From Phallusia mammillata (Eukaryota): a DNA stretch of 64,000 nucleotides. The notes under the pieces were generated by a model. That model made no database searches. It saw only the letters and a list, made by a program, of their open reading frames with translations, and was not told the origin of the DNA. The stretch covers positions 496,001 to 560,000 of the forward strand of contig OZ281500.1 of assembly GCA_965637545.1 (NCBI GenBank), given 5' to 3'. The translations under genes were made by a program, and so were the position numbers. Below are positions 38,268-51,300 of the stretch, piece after piece (position 1 is the stretch's first letter; the number at the start of each line of letters is the position of its first letter).

Positions 38268-39948
38268 ATGAAATTCACCTTACGGAGATTTGCCAACAAA
38301 GTCCGTCCAGTTGCGCTTGCTCTCATTGGATATGTGTGTCTCGTGCTTTTTGTATCCAAGGAGCAGTACTCGCTCAACAAACAGGTGAAGCAACTTACGA
38401 AGTTTTAATTAACAACAACTCTGGCAATTTATCTAAAATTTGAAAGTATAGAGCCGACTTCATTTTGGTTCCGAAGCAGTTGCTTGGCAATTGTGAGCCA
38501 GTTTACTCTGTGGTTTATGTCCAGTTGTGGCATCACACAGAATAGATGAGGAATGGCTTTTCAGCCTGTTACTCTCAATAAACTGGAGTGCCGTTGAATG
38601 GCTACGATAACCAATACGGCCGATCTCTCGTCACGAGCTACACTGATGAGACCTTATAGGTCGAAACAATGTGCACTGTCTGCAGCTTATCTAAAATTAT
38701 TCCTTACAATATAAAAGCATCACGACGGTAAATAACCAGTAAGCTGCAGACAGTGCACACTGTTTTGACCTATAAGGATGGTCACACTAACCGATACGGC
38801 CCATGTCTTTTCAAAAGCTGCACTGCTCAGACCTTATAAGTCGAATGTCTGCAGTTTATTTTTAACAAGTTCATAAAAAACGATGTAGATTAGCTTTTTT
38901 CCGCTTTGGAGTTTTTGTGTTGCCAAGCGACGGAAAAGTGTGATTTAATTTCTCACAGTAAGGATAAATGCTGACAACAACATATCACGTACTTTGCAAA
39001 CCTTCCATGTGTGTGTTGTTGATTTGAACATAGTTTACATTTACCGTTTTATAAGACAACGTGGCATGTAATATATTTGATAGCAATCTTCTGATCAACG
39101 TCCATTACGAACATTACGAACATTACTTGGCTGTAAGGCAACAACCGGCCTAATACTAACTTTTACCTATCTTGTGAGTAAAATCCTCATCAAAATTATT
39201 GTAGATTGAGAGGATGCTTGTCCGCGTGAGGGCGCTGCAGAGTGAGCAGGCAAAGTTGGGTGAGATACAAGAACGATTTGTAGTCGACATAAATAAAACC
39301 GACCACAACATCCATGCGCTGGACGCACAGATCGAACAACTCGTTCAGCACACAAAGAGATACAACCTCATATTTATGGGTATACCCGAAAGCGAGAACG
39401 AGGACCTGACTGACGCGGTGCGCCGCCTGGCGGATGAAAGTATGGGAATCTCGATCGGCGAGAAAGACGTGGAATATGCGCATAGACTGAAGGGAAACGG
39501 GACAAAGCCAAGGTTAGGACGGGAATGTTTGATTTCTGCAGAAAATATGCTGTTAAATTTTACATTACGATTAACAGCTACAGGTTTTGTAGTTTTGAAT
39601 TATCGAATTAGTGCGCAACTGATCAAAGAATGTCGCTTAAAAATAAACAATGTCGCTATTAATTTGTTTTTAAACAATAAATTGTATTCAAATTGCAACA
39701 TTTGCTGTAGACCAGTCCTTGCCAAGTTCGCACGTTGGAAAGATAAAACTCGCATCCTTTATCGCCGGAAGTCCCTACCTCCGGAGTTTGCAGTGGAGGA
39801 AGATCTCACTGAGTTCCAAATGATGAAGAGAAGGAAGTTGATGATGTTGGCGAATAAGGCGGAGGCTGAAGGAAGAAGAGTCAGATGGAGTGGGAAGATA
39901 TTGTTTGTGGATGGGAAGGAAATAAAGTTATCTGATAAAGTCACGTGA
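38268..39948 (+). CDS. Putative domesticated LINE ORF1p-like protein (coiled coil + RRM + CTD) with an N-terminal signal anchor, 220 aa; exons 38268-38384, 39205-39512, 39711-39948
   Basis: Spliced ORF MKFTLRRFANKVRPVALALIGYVCLVLFVSKEQYSLNKQ|IERMLVRVRALQSEQAKL...LVQHTKRYNLIFMGIPESE...DVEYAHRLKGNGTKPR|PVLAKFARWKDKTRILYRRK...VEEDLTEFQMMKRRKL...LFVDGKEIKLSDKVT*. The motifs parallel L1-type ORF1p (KRPNLRLIGVPE, AHR, PR.IIV.F, .DL., RR). Junctions are CAG|gtgaag, ttgtag|ATT, AG|gttagg and ctgtag|A. Confidence 0.72.
38652..38777. mobile_element. 126-bp MITE with 38-bp TIRs in intron 1 of the ORF1p-like gene; related solo arms at 20581-20617 and about 38825-38860
   Basis: ccttataggtcgaaacaatgtgcactgtctgcagctta ... 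taagctgcagacagtgcacactgttttgacctataagg (2 mismatches between arms). Confidence 0.8.
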
Positions 39949-40832
39949 TGTCATCTCCCTTCTTCATTTCTGCTCTTTAAATTCATCTGGAGGAGAAAGT
40001 GGAAGATAAACGAGATCGTTGCAACATCTGTTGTCATTGTTGTCAAGCAGAACTTTGAAATGATTTCGCAACAGAGCATCCAGGCAGAGTTGTAATCGGC
40101 CCCGATACTCGGTCCGAACTCGAACTGTTTTGAAAGAACCCGAATTAGGCCAGAGAATTTTAATTTCCAAAGTAAACTACCACACGAATGTGACGAGTGC
40201 GAAGTGAGGCCCGAATGAAATCCGTTTCGTTTAAGTTGTTAAAAAGCCCTTTCCACGTAATCGAGTAAGTGACTTATAATTGTAATACACGTGGCGAGCT
40301 ATGGAGAACAATTAAAACGTCACTCTCTGCCAAACATCGTCCTTCTAAATCCGTCGTGCGTGCGTCGTGCGACGTTGAAAGGTTTGCGATTTATTGGCTT
40401 CTATTGAATACCATGCGGTTTTAGTTCTCGTAAAGTTGGAATATTACAAAATTTTAGAATATTACCGATGCAAAAAGTATTCCTTTTGTCGTGTTTTTCA
40501 AACTATTCGTATCGCTCTATGTGTAGCCGATATTTTTTGTGCAATAAGACTGAAAGTCTCGTTACTAACACTAAACTAAAACAGACGTTAACGAAATAAA
40601 TTACAGTTATCCTTTTACCATTTGGAGTATTTTGTTTTTTATTTCTTTTAAGCGTGATTTGTCCATAAACCATCGTTCCACTTGGGTAAATGAAACAGAC
40701 CAGAAATATTGTATCCTAGCAAGAAAGCTAGTGGGAATATAACTGACTTATATAATGTAAACAATTTAAGACAAGTCGGGCAGTTGTATTCGCTCTCTCC
40801 TTAAAAAACTTTCCAGATAGAAAAAATATATT

Positions 40833-42159
40833 TTAATGTCCGTCAGACTTTTGATTAACAGTCATTTCCTCATCAGGTACCAACATGAGCAAAGTGCCGG
40901 TATAACGTGTTTCTTCAGTTTTATCCGTTGTCAATTCGTCGTTAATATCCTCAGACGCCTCAGGACGCTTTTGGATGATTGACGTCCCAAGCGACTGATC
41001 GGTTGTAAACGACCCTAACCTGTCCTTGTTGTTTGGTAATGTTGATTTGATGTTGGGTTCAAAAAAAGTTTGCGTCGATTTTGTCGTTTCGATTTCATCA
41101 CGTGCAAGTGACGTGGCTTGATCACGCGATGAACGATACGCTTGAGTGGTATCAGGTGAAGCGGAAGTTTTCTGCTTCCTTTTGCTCCCGGTGTTTTGTG
41201 ACCGAACAATCGCTTTAGAGTTGCAATAGTCGTTGTCTTGGCAACAGCCATAACACACGCTGATGGGAAGACCAGGTCTGGTCGAAGACAAAACATTTAG
41301 TTGAAAAATTTTAATACAACAAACTGAAAGATAAACATTCATAGGCCATAAAAACACCATCTTTTTCTATTCGCTACAACGAAGTTGGTTTATCCTGGTT
41401 GCTATACCGCACATAAACTTATTAATATACTACATCATTTCACTAAAAACGTGACTATCGTTATGCGAAGATCTTCTGATTCCTAACATGCAAGGGCTTT
41501 TCAAAATCGATTCGCGGTTTCCGCTTCCGTTATACAGTTTATTTGCTCACAATAAGATTCTGACCTGTTTCTGTTGCACGAAATTTTGTTTTGAAGGAGA
41601 AGTTGAGAGCAGGCGAGTTTCTGCTTGCAACTCTGAATCAACGTCGATTGATGATTCTCCTCGCGGAACTCAGTAATGCAAGCCTTAAATAAAACAAGAA
41701 ATACTAACCATTTGCTGGTTTGATGCTCACCATTTCCCAAGTTACCAGACAGAAATTGACTGATGCAACCTAAATTATATTGCTTGTTTTCTCATTAAAG
41801 AAAGTTGTAGCCCAAACATAATTTACTTCATAAATGTAACCTTTAGTTTTTTAGAGTTTTCTAACTCTTATTGATAACGACATAAAGTCACAGACAGTAA
41901 TGATAACATCTATTTATTGGTGCTAATAATAAGCAACGTCTGAACAGGACCTGAAACGTTTTCTCATAATTTGTTGTCGAAACAAGTTTAACCTAATAAA
42001 ATGCCCCATGATAATAATACACGTTACCTGGTTGTCGTGGCATTCCTCTGAAACACCTTGGAAGATGCATTCCTTCTCTCCCCCAACCACAGCACATCGC
42101 CAACACGTAAGGCTGCTCGTTAAAGTAAAACAACACAACAGAACAATATGCAGGAACAT
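40833..42159 (-). CDS. Secreted Ly6/uPAR (three-finger) domain protein with a Ser/Thr-rich tail; exons 42159-42028, 41683-41565, 41277-40833
   Basis: Signal peptide MFLHIVLLCCFTLTSS, then LTCWRC...C...C...|AC...SCKQKLAC...QN..SC..|RPGLPISVCYGCCQDNDYCN, the LU-domain Cys pattern ending CC....CN. Junctions CAG|gtaacg, ttaag|GCT, AG|gtcaga and accag|A are in phase. The 3' end could be spliced further. Confidence 0.82.
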
Positions 42160-43408
42160 TTGGATTCAACCCAATGCTATAGGCTACACAGCACATGTGC
42201 AAAAGCTGTATTAAAACAATTTTAATGCCTTTTGTATACTTAATTGAGTATAAAAACGCAAAACGCAGTTTTGGCTCCGCCTAAATATTAAGATTTCTAT
42301 AGTGTGTTTGGAAATGAAACCACTCAACCATGAAGAGCGCACAAAAATAAAATGTTGTCGCGTCCGTTTTGCTGAAAAGTTTCATTAAACTGCTTTTTAT
42401 TTATTCTCGTTCTAGGTTTAGTGATTTGAAAAAATCTTTGTTGACATAATAGTATGTCGCCACTATACAGAAGAAACCAATGATCCAGCACAGATCGTTT
42501 CAATGTTAAGTTTACTCAGGGCATCAGAAAACTCTTTTATCAGCTAAAATCAATCCGTTTGCGAACGCATAGTGTTTAGATGGGCATGGTATTGACAAGA
42601 AATGGACGAATTTGTCTCAGTAAGTTGTTTTAATAGAACCAAAATTTGTGCCATTTCTTTATTTTTACTATAAAACAACATACAACCCTAATCATCCGCA
42701 GCTTAACTAACCTTCCACCTTCATTACTTACAGTAAAATTTATCCAGAAGCAGCAGTGCTTCTATATCAAAATCAGTTAAAACAACCGGCCATTAAAATG
42801 AGATGTATAGAACACATTTTGGGGAAATATGCATTTCTCCCAGTGTGAAATGTATATATATCTTGTTTTTTAAGACAGTTCTGCTCCAGTCTGCAGAACA
42901 TGGCAGTTCCTGACAAGATCTCGCCCGTACAGGACCTACATGTTCCACATGTGCACGTGCACGACCTGTAAGTTCATGTGCAAGACCAAGAAAGAATTAT
43001 CTAAAAGTACTAAATGCAGTTAATTGCTAATACTGAAGTGAAGTGCATTCCGTGCACCAGCACATTTCGTAAAAGATTAAGATTTTGACTGATGCAAAAA
43101 TGTCTATTTGTTAAGTTTTATTACAATGCAGAAATATGAAATAGTAATAAAGGCTGTCACAATTATACAGTTTTAACTTAATAAATTTGACTGCTGATTA
43201 TGAGAGTGTGTACACCCACAAACATAGTTTTTTGATATGTAACTTGTTAGGGTTTTAACCAAAGGCTGAAGAATATCATAGGGGTTCGGCCATGATAAAA
43301 AGGTTAAAAAACACTGTGCCATGTGTTCTTTCATCAAGTGAAATATACTCAACTGAACTCTTTTTTCTGATGTTTAATGTCATAAAATGATTTATACACA
43401 TAAATCAA

Positions 43409-43547
43409 TAGTAATAATAATGGACTGTTTCATAAAAACAGATAAAAAACATGAATAGTTTAATAATTATTTTATTCTAAATCGTTTCTGTTATTAGAAG
43501 AAACGATTTATGCTTTTTATCTGTTTTTATGAAACAGTCCATTACTA
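43409..43547. mobile_element. Small palindromic MITE-like inverted repeat
   Basis: taatggactgtttcataaaaacagataaaaa ... tttttatctgtttttatgaaacagtccatta, arms of about 30 bp. Confidence 0.65.
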
Positions 43548-45326
43548 TCCTGATCAGAAGCAAGAATCTTTCTTTTATACATTTTATTGTCTGCGGGAGA
43601 TTCGTTAAATAACAACACTGTTTCAGCATAAATCAATAGCTCATGCTTTGTCCTGCCATGTAAATCTCAATTTCTTTCATTTATAACTAACCAGCCATTA
43701 TACAATTGTTGTGCCTAAGCTAATCGTCAACCCCAAGTTTCCATAAACAGAAATCTTCTTATTGCAAGATGATTTTATCCATATTAGCGGATAGCTTTCT
43801 ATTGGCCTTATTCTAAAGCTAGCTTACATCCGAGCTTTGTAATGAATTTTGTTTGTAAAATATTAATGGTGTTTACCTTAAATGTGGTCAGGCTGTCTAG
43901 ACATAATTTATGTGGCGTTTCCTCAAATTAAATGTTTGTTAATTATGGATAAGGCTTCATGGAATGCTCCTGTTTCTTCAATGATTGACAATTGTCAAAA
44001 CTTTTGCTTTTTGCTATCATTTGATTTAAAAAAAACTTGTTTCTTTTAATGTTTCAGGTTGGATAAGTTTAAAATGTATTTCAGTTTTGAACTTTTGTTC
44101 TGATATTAATATTTAAATTATTTTTTGTGTTATTAGTTTTTGTGGCTGTATGTGTCAATATCACTGTGATTACAATGGAATTAGATTGGCATAAAAAGCA
44201 TTTGACCATGGTTGGTCAGGAAATACTGTATTGGCGCCAATAAACCATGCCATGTGGGGTATCGGTGCCCATGCGATACTTCAGCGGTATGGGAACTGTA
44301 ACACACAAGCATAAATGTATAAACGATTAAAACGTGCGTTCATCTGTCCATTCTGCCACAATATTTTAAGCCAGTCGCCGGCACATCACTCTTTATACAT
44401 CTGCTCAGGACCTTTGCTGTTATATAAGGAGACATGAGACTTGCCGAATGTCCTGATCGACTAAACTGTTTATACAACATAAAAAAGTACAGTATAAAGT
44501 TTCCTAGCAGAGAACTAATTCAGCATCACTGGTTTGTTGTTTTGCACTTGCAGATATTTGACATTAAACGGGATTTTATTTCTTCAGTGATTCATGACGC
44601 TGTAGTGGACTAAAATATGTGAGGCAACGCAACAACGGCACGTTCAATGGGAGGGAGAGAGAGGGCTGCATAAATGACCACTTAGTTGAACACCCATCAC
44701 TCTAATTACCGAACTCCATCCATTCCCCGTCTAATAATGAACCAGAGTTCAACTAATGCGTGGACCAATTAACAATTTGTTGGAAGACGATCTTTAAGTA
44801 AGTGATCGCATTTGACGTTACGCGTTTGTTGCAATTAGTTGAGGTAAACGGTTGGAACAATAGTTTCGATTTAATCTGCTTGTGTTTTTACGGTACTGTG
44901 TCAGTTTACATTAAAACGATAGGTAACTTATTGTTGGGCATAATATGATAGGTAACTTATTGCTTGAAGTTTTTAGCGTTAAAATGTCCAAACGCACATG
45001 CATTCGACGCCTTAGAAACTCGACCCAGCGGTTGCAGCTTAAAAAGATCAGTCATAAATGTTTTTGATAGAATGATTATTTTCGACTAGTTGCTTCTTGA
45101 TTATTTTCGACTGATCCTACGTTACCCTGTAGTAGCTTTTACGTTACGTTAAACGGCACAGTACAGCAAACTCCAGGCTAATGTCTTGCTGTGTGGGAAA
45201 TAGATAGATCATAGAGTAATAACTTATTTGTGTGTTTATCTACCGGCATGTGCTGCTAGCCACGTGACCAACATTATTTATTTTGTTACCAGACCTTTTG
45301 TGTTGATATTGTTCCCGCATCATAAA

Positions 45327-48300
45327 ATGCGGTATAAAATAATTCTGTGTGTTGTTCTGCAGTCAATGTGGAACAGAATATCTGCAGGTTGGTTGGACGA
45401 ATGTTCCTTATAAAATACTAACAGTGGTCGATAATGTAACCAACATGTCTGGTTGTGCTCTTCACTGTTTTGAACTGTTAAGAGAAATTGTTATTTAAAA
45501 ATAGCTGCCGGATTTTGTTTTGCTTTTCCAAAAAAAGTTTTTGAGATCTGTTTGTAATTCTTGTGAGAAATATATCGGACCAAAAATAGTCGTTAAATAC
45601 TTGTTTGGGTGCTAAAACGTTTCGGCCGTATTATATTTCGCTTTTCGGCAATGCAATGTCGGCCAGTTTATTTCTTAACAATTGTTTTCAAATTATACCT
45701 TTTAATTATTTCCGTTTTGTGCATCTTTTTTATTATGAGACTTTTGCGTCTAAGGTGGAAAAGATCATATAAAAGAAACGAATAATTTAAGGTCTGTTGC
45801 GTGTTGGTGTATCATTTAATGTCTAGACTTCACTCTGATTCAAGGATATTGTTGACCTACATTTAAATCTGACCAACTATGCTTTACAGATACATGCTCG
45901 TTACCCGAACACGGTCGTGTAGATTGTGGTTGGGCTGGGATTCGACGTCAAACCTGCACAAACATCGGATGCTGCTTCCAAATTCCACAGGGGAACTCCC
46001 CATGGTGCTACTACCCATCAGGTCAGACATATTCAAGCAAATGTAGTTGTATTATTGCCTGACAAAAACAATGTTTTTAACTTGTGCTATAAACGCTGTT
46101 TTGTGCAGATAAAAATGTGCATGCTGCTTGACAGGGTGGATACCATAGAATCTATGGCATAGATACTGTCCCAGATAATTAAGTGCATTATTTTTTTTAT
46201 GCTAACTATCAATGATTTTTGACATCAACCAAGTGTTAGTCACCTTTTTTCTTACACCTAGTTAAGTTTGTTGATACTATCTGCGCTCGTATCTTTACCT
46301 GCAAGTTGTGTTTTTCAGATTTTCCTTTTCCTATGGTTCCTCGTTTAAATCCGAGAGACGCGGGCCTTCTTACTGGCGGTAAGCTTCTGATGCGTTTGAT
46401 ATAACTATCCTAAATCTTCTTTGCTGATTTGTATTAGCTGCAGCCACTATCAAACTCCACATACATTTCAGCACAAGTGAAGGCGGTTTATATGAAACCA
46501 CTTTGCTGCATGGCTATGTCTGTCAAATTTGCTTTGTTGTAAGAATTAAACCTTATTGTTGTTGTTTAACCCACTGCCATGATTGCTTTGTTAACTTGCG
46601 TTAATCCTATCGAAGCACTCAGCAATATATCTGAAAATCAAATCAATTTATTGTTTACTTAAAAAATTCCATCAATTTTTTTCACCAGAACCCGACGAAT
46701 GCCGAGCAGTCAATTACGCGTCACGTGACAACTGTGGTTATCCCCGTATTACGTCATCAGCTTGTCAGTCACGTGGTTGTTGTTTCGATTCGGAGCAGCA
46801 GAGGTTCGCCTGGTGTTTCTATCCGCGGGGATATTTCAATTCGGATGGAAAAGGTACAAAGAATAAGTTCTTAAGACGCGCATAGTTTAATTTAGGACAG
46901 CCATAACGCGTAAAATAATAGACCAGTGGTTCTTGGCCATGGGTCATATGTACCCCCGCCCTGGGTCTACGAAGCACCAAAGCACGGGATAGAATATCAA
47001 AATATGGGTTAGGGTCTACTTGTTATATTGTACATTTTGGTAGAGTAAAAAACATTTATTGCATGAATTCCTACTGAATGTGTTAAGCAGTGCTTCCCAA
47101 CCTTTTCCAGCTCAAAACAATTTATTTTGGCGGACCATCATTTAATATTGCGATAAAACCACGATGGAAAAAGAACTAAAATTAAGAAAGAAAACTAATA
47201 ACCGCACATGCAATACTTCTGTTAATGTGAAGCCTCAGCCTGCTGGTTCGATATGATGAGATCAAGTCGGAGTTTATTTGGGAATGTCACATATCAGTGT
47301 TACGACTTAAGACTGTGTCGTGTCTTCGATTTCGTTATAGTTACTAATACAAGTAGTGTTGTGATGCGACAATCGCAGTTTAGGTATTGTTATGACGTAA
47401 CAATTGCAGTTTGTTTGTGTGATAAAGCTTTATTTAACGTGAAATCTTTCATGCATTCATAGTAACTATAATATTATATTTTAGAGAAATATAGTTAAAC
47501 TTGAAAGTACGTTCACACGAACTGTGTAACTTTTTTGAACTTCTATATTGGTATGGTAATAGTTTGAAAAGCTTCGCGGCCCACCAGAAAGAACGTCGCG
47601 GACCACCAGTGGGCCGCGGCCCACCGGTTGGGAAGCGCTGTGTTAAAGGGTGTAAGTTTCTAATGTGAAAGTCGCAGTAGATTTTACGTGTTAAACGTGT
47701 AAAAACTGCTGTCACTGGTTTTCATTGTAGTTTTGTAACAGTGATGTTAATAACTCAACTAATTACGATAATTCGATTTACTTTTGTCCATTATTGCAGA
47801 CAAAATCGTACGAGCACAAAAAGACAGAAAATATATGTGACTGACTGTGCTGGGGCCCAGCAAGCACTCACTTAAAAAACCTCTACAACTAATAACTAAC
47901 TAATATATATCACACGTTTTTGCTAATTAGACAATAGATAGATAATTACCAGTCGTGACATCATAAAATTTCATCTGGATCTAAAACATTAATTTAACTG
48001 ACAATTTGTTTATTTTGCAGCAATCCAGAAATTTTCAGGCACAGCGTTGCTCAGCCGTGTATTTGAGTCCAGCCTCGGTGAGAATTCGAGCAGTTCTTTC
48101 CATTCTTACGCCCCTGTGGTTGACTGGCAATTACTCAAGTCGATGAGATATAAAGTTCCGTCCGTAAAATCCGTTTATGGTGGGTGTTGAGGCTTTGGTT
48201 CGTTATATTCGTCTGTTACAAAGCTCATATACATCTGTTTGCGTCTGTTATATTATGCTCTAAAATGCCGATTTTGGAAAATGCAGTTTTACCTAAAGTT

Positions 48301-51300
48301 GAGGCAATGAAAGTTATCCAGTATGAAGCATTTTTGTAATCGAACTGTTTGAACTTTACTACAAAGCGTAAACGTGGGCATTTTTGTTTCAATATTTGAC
48401 CAATATACCGTCATATTTAAACGCCCACAAAAATATTTTTAAGGACAATCTTTTTTTACCCAAAAGGTGCAAATTAAAAAGTGTCTCCATTGCATACATG
48501 CTGGTAAACCTACAATCATTTCGATTTGGTAGTTTTGCAACAAAACAAAGATTCACTTTCCTATACTTCCCATATTAATATAACCTTTATTGTTTTGTTT
48601 CTAGTTCATGCATTCACTGAGCAAAACGGTTACACGCAATCCCATTTCATCGTTGAGACGATATCACCTCCATCCGACCCCATATCTCTACAGCAACTCA
48701 CCGATAGCTCAGTGGATGCGATTCGCACAAGATTAATAGGAATAGTCGACTATACCATGTTTATTAACATTCCTGTACTGAAAGGTACTTGCATATCTTA
48801 CAGGAATTTTTACTTTTTGTAGCCTACGTTCAAAAGCTGTGCTATTGCCAAAAACGAAAAGATTTATAATTGTTATTGACTCGCCTAGTTAATGTGTCAT
48901 AGGTGAGATATGTTTTCTGTTCAACCTGTCTTACTAATGTACAGACTAAGTGGTCAGGGTGTTTAAATGTAGCAAGGTCGTTTAGTATGTTACTAGAATT
49001 CATTTCAGCTCAAGCCTTTTCGTTTAAAGGTTTCCATTACCACTGTACATGTCTTGCAACGTAGCATTATATGTTTTTAATTGGGCTGCTGTTACGCGTT
49101 GGTACGTTATTTTGTGCATTGCGTCACAAGATTAAATTCAATAAACAATTAAGAAAATGCCTGTTTAAACACCATTTCGCCGTGATGTATTACAAAATTA
49201 ATGTGCCGTATTGATACAATGATTAAATAAATTTCTAAACATATTTTTTGCAGTTTATATACACAGGTGTTCGTCTCAGCTTTATACAAATCGACAAATA
49301 CTTTTAATGTTGCAAAAAATCCATTTTCTGTTCAGATTACAACGAATGCCAGACCACCAGATGTCCAAAAAACTCGAATTGCATCAACACAATGGGCAGC
49401 TTCACTTGCTCGTGCAAGGAAGGCTACACAGGCGACGGTGTCACACAGTGCGATGACGTTAACGAGTGTGACGTCAGCACGCACGGTTGCCACGACGACG
49501 CGACGTGTGTGAATAGCGAGGGTTCGTATGTGTGCACTTGCGATGCTGGATTTACCGGGGATGGAAGAAACTCGTGCCAGGCGCTGACTGATGTGTCTAC
49601 CGACCCCGTGTGGGTGTGTGACCCCGTTAAAGGTTACACCCCTGTGTACGGGGATTTCCCTACCGACGGGGTGCAGTGCAGTTCTGACGCAAGTTGCGAA
49701 TTCGACGACGGGAAATTTACTTGCGATTGCAACGATGGTTTCGAGGGAGATGGGAAGGATTGTGATGACGTAGACGAGTGTGACGCAGACAATCATCAGT
49801 GTGACGTCAGAGCGAGCTGTTACAATGAAGAGGTGAAGCATTTTTTGTATGATATCTAACAACCCCATTATCATATGCTGTTGCAACTCTACCCCGTGGC
49901 GTGATTTGGTACCCCTAAAACTTAAACCTCTTTTTAAATTTCCCCTACATTTATGACAGGATTTATTTTGATTACCAAATCTGTGGGGCAAGTTTATCTG
50001 TTCACGTGTTTGTACAAACGTTCATGTTTAATTACCACGGGTAAAAACGACTATTCTCGTTTTAGGTAATTCTAATTACTTACTTCGTTCCGGCAAAACC
50101 AACTTTATAGTTTTTTTCTATCATTTACCTTTATCCTTTCCCACAGGGCGGTTATGGATGTTCCTGCGATCCCGGTCTCACTGGTGACGGATTTAGCTGT
50201 GATGACGTCAATGAGTGTGACGACATCGACGTTTGTGACGTCAACTCAACTTGTAAAAACAGTTTCGGCGATTATGAGTGTAATTGTCATCTCGGATTTG
50301 TTGAAAACGGAGACGATGATAAATCCTGCCAAGGTTCGTAAGCTCGGACAAATTATAACTTTATCTAGATGATCTTTTACGATGTTGCCTGCCATTACTT
50401 ACACTTTTTCGCATATGCATTCTCTTTGTACATCGGATATAAATCCTAGGTTTTCAACCCAGGTTTGACAAAAGTGATGCAAAATGGCCTGATTTATTTT
50501 TTTAGATATGAATTTATGGTGCTTTTTACCTTTTTCGCAAAGTCAACATTTTTTATCGTCCGTTTTGTTTTAGAACAAATTATTTTATACGGGGAAATCC
50601 CCATTGTGGGAGCTGTGACGCAACTCCTCGACCCCGGAAGTCCGTTTTTTCCTTCCATGATCGACTTCCTGGAGGATCAACTTGAAATCTTCTACTCCCA
50701 GCTCCTCCAACCTGACGTTGATGTCGAATTCGTAAAGTTGGAAAACAATGCAACGGTTGTAGGTCACGTGATTGTTGTCACCGGCAACTCGTCGCACGAC
50801 GTCACTGCAGCAAGTTTTACCGCTTCAGTGGTTGAGGCTTTGGTGAGGCGACGAAACGATTCTTCGGGAAAACCAACAGTCCTTGCAGCGCCGTTCGTTT
50901 CCCTGCAAGTAATAAAACCCGACAACTTCAAGAAATTTATTTCACAGCTTCCTGATTCAAGCGAGCTTGAAGAAGAATTGAAGGAGCAGTTAGAAGAACT
51001 TGATTCTGATGAAATATACGGAGCCACTGCAATAGCTTATATCAGGGTTAATCCAGCAGCGATTAAAGATAATTCCACTGATTTTTTGAAAACAGATGCT
51101 TCAAAAGATTTCCTCGTTCAATTGGAAGAAGATCTTTACCTGGCTTATTCCAAATTCAACCCACAAGTAAAAGCAGTTGAAATTATTGAGCTTCGTCCTG
51201 ATGGGCGGTTTGATGCAAGCAATGATTCTACTGTTGGAATTGGCAAAAAGTTTAGAGTCGATTTCGAAGCCAATTTAACTTTGAATAATAATGTGGCTGT

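Noticed and set aside
42875-42967. 93-nt segment with ttttaag| and |gtaagt signals; the opposite strand reads SCTCTCGTCRSC
   Set aside because: Cannot be linked in phase to any neighbouring gene, and the Cys pattern comes from a short internal repeat.
50465-50573. ORF-track start of the 839-aa ORF and its tail beyond 52819; also the Met start at 54462
   Set aside because: These are intron read-through or internal Mets; the splice model gives boundaries 50574-52819 and 54337.
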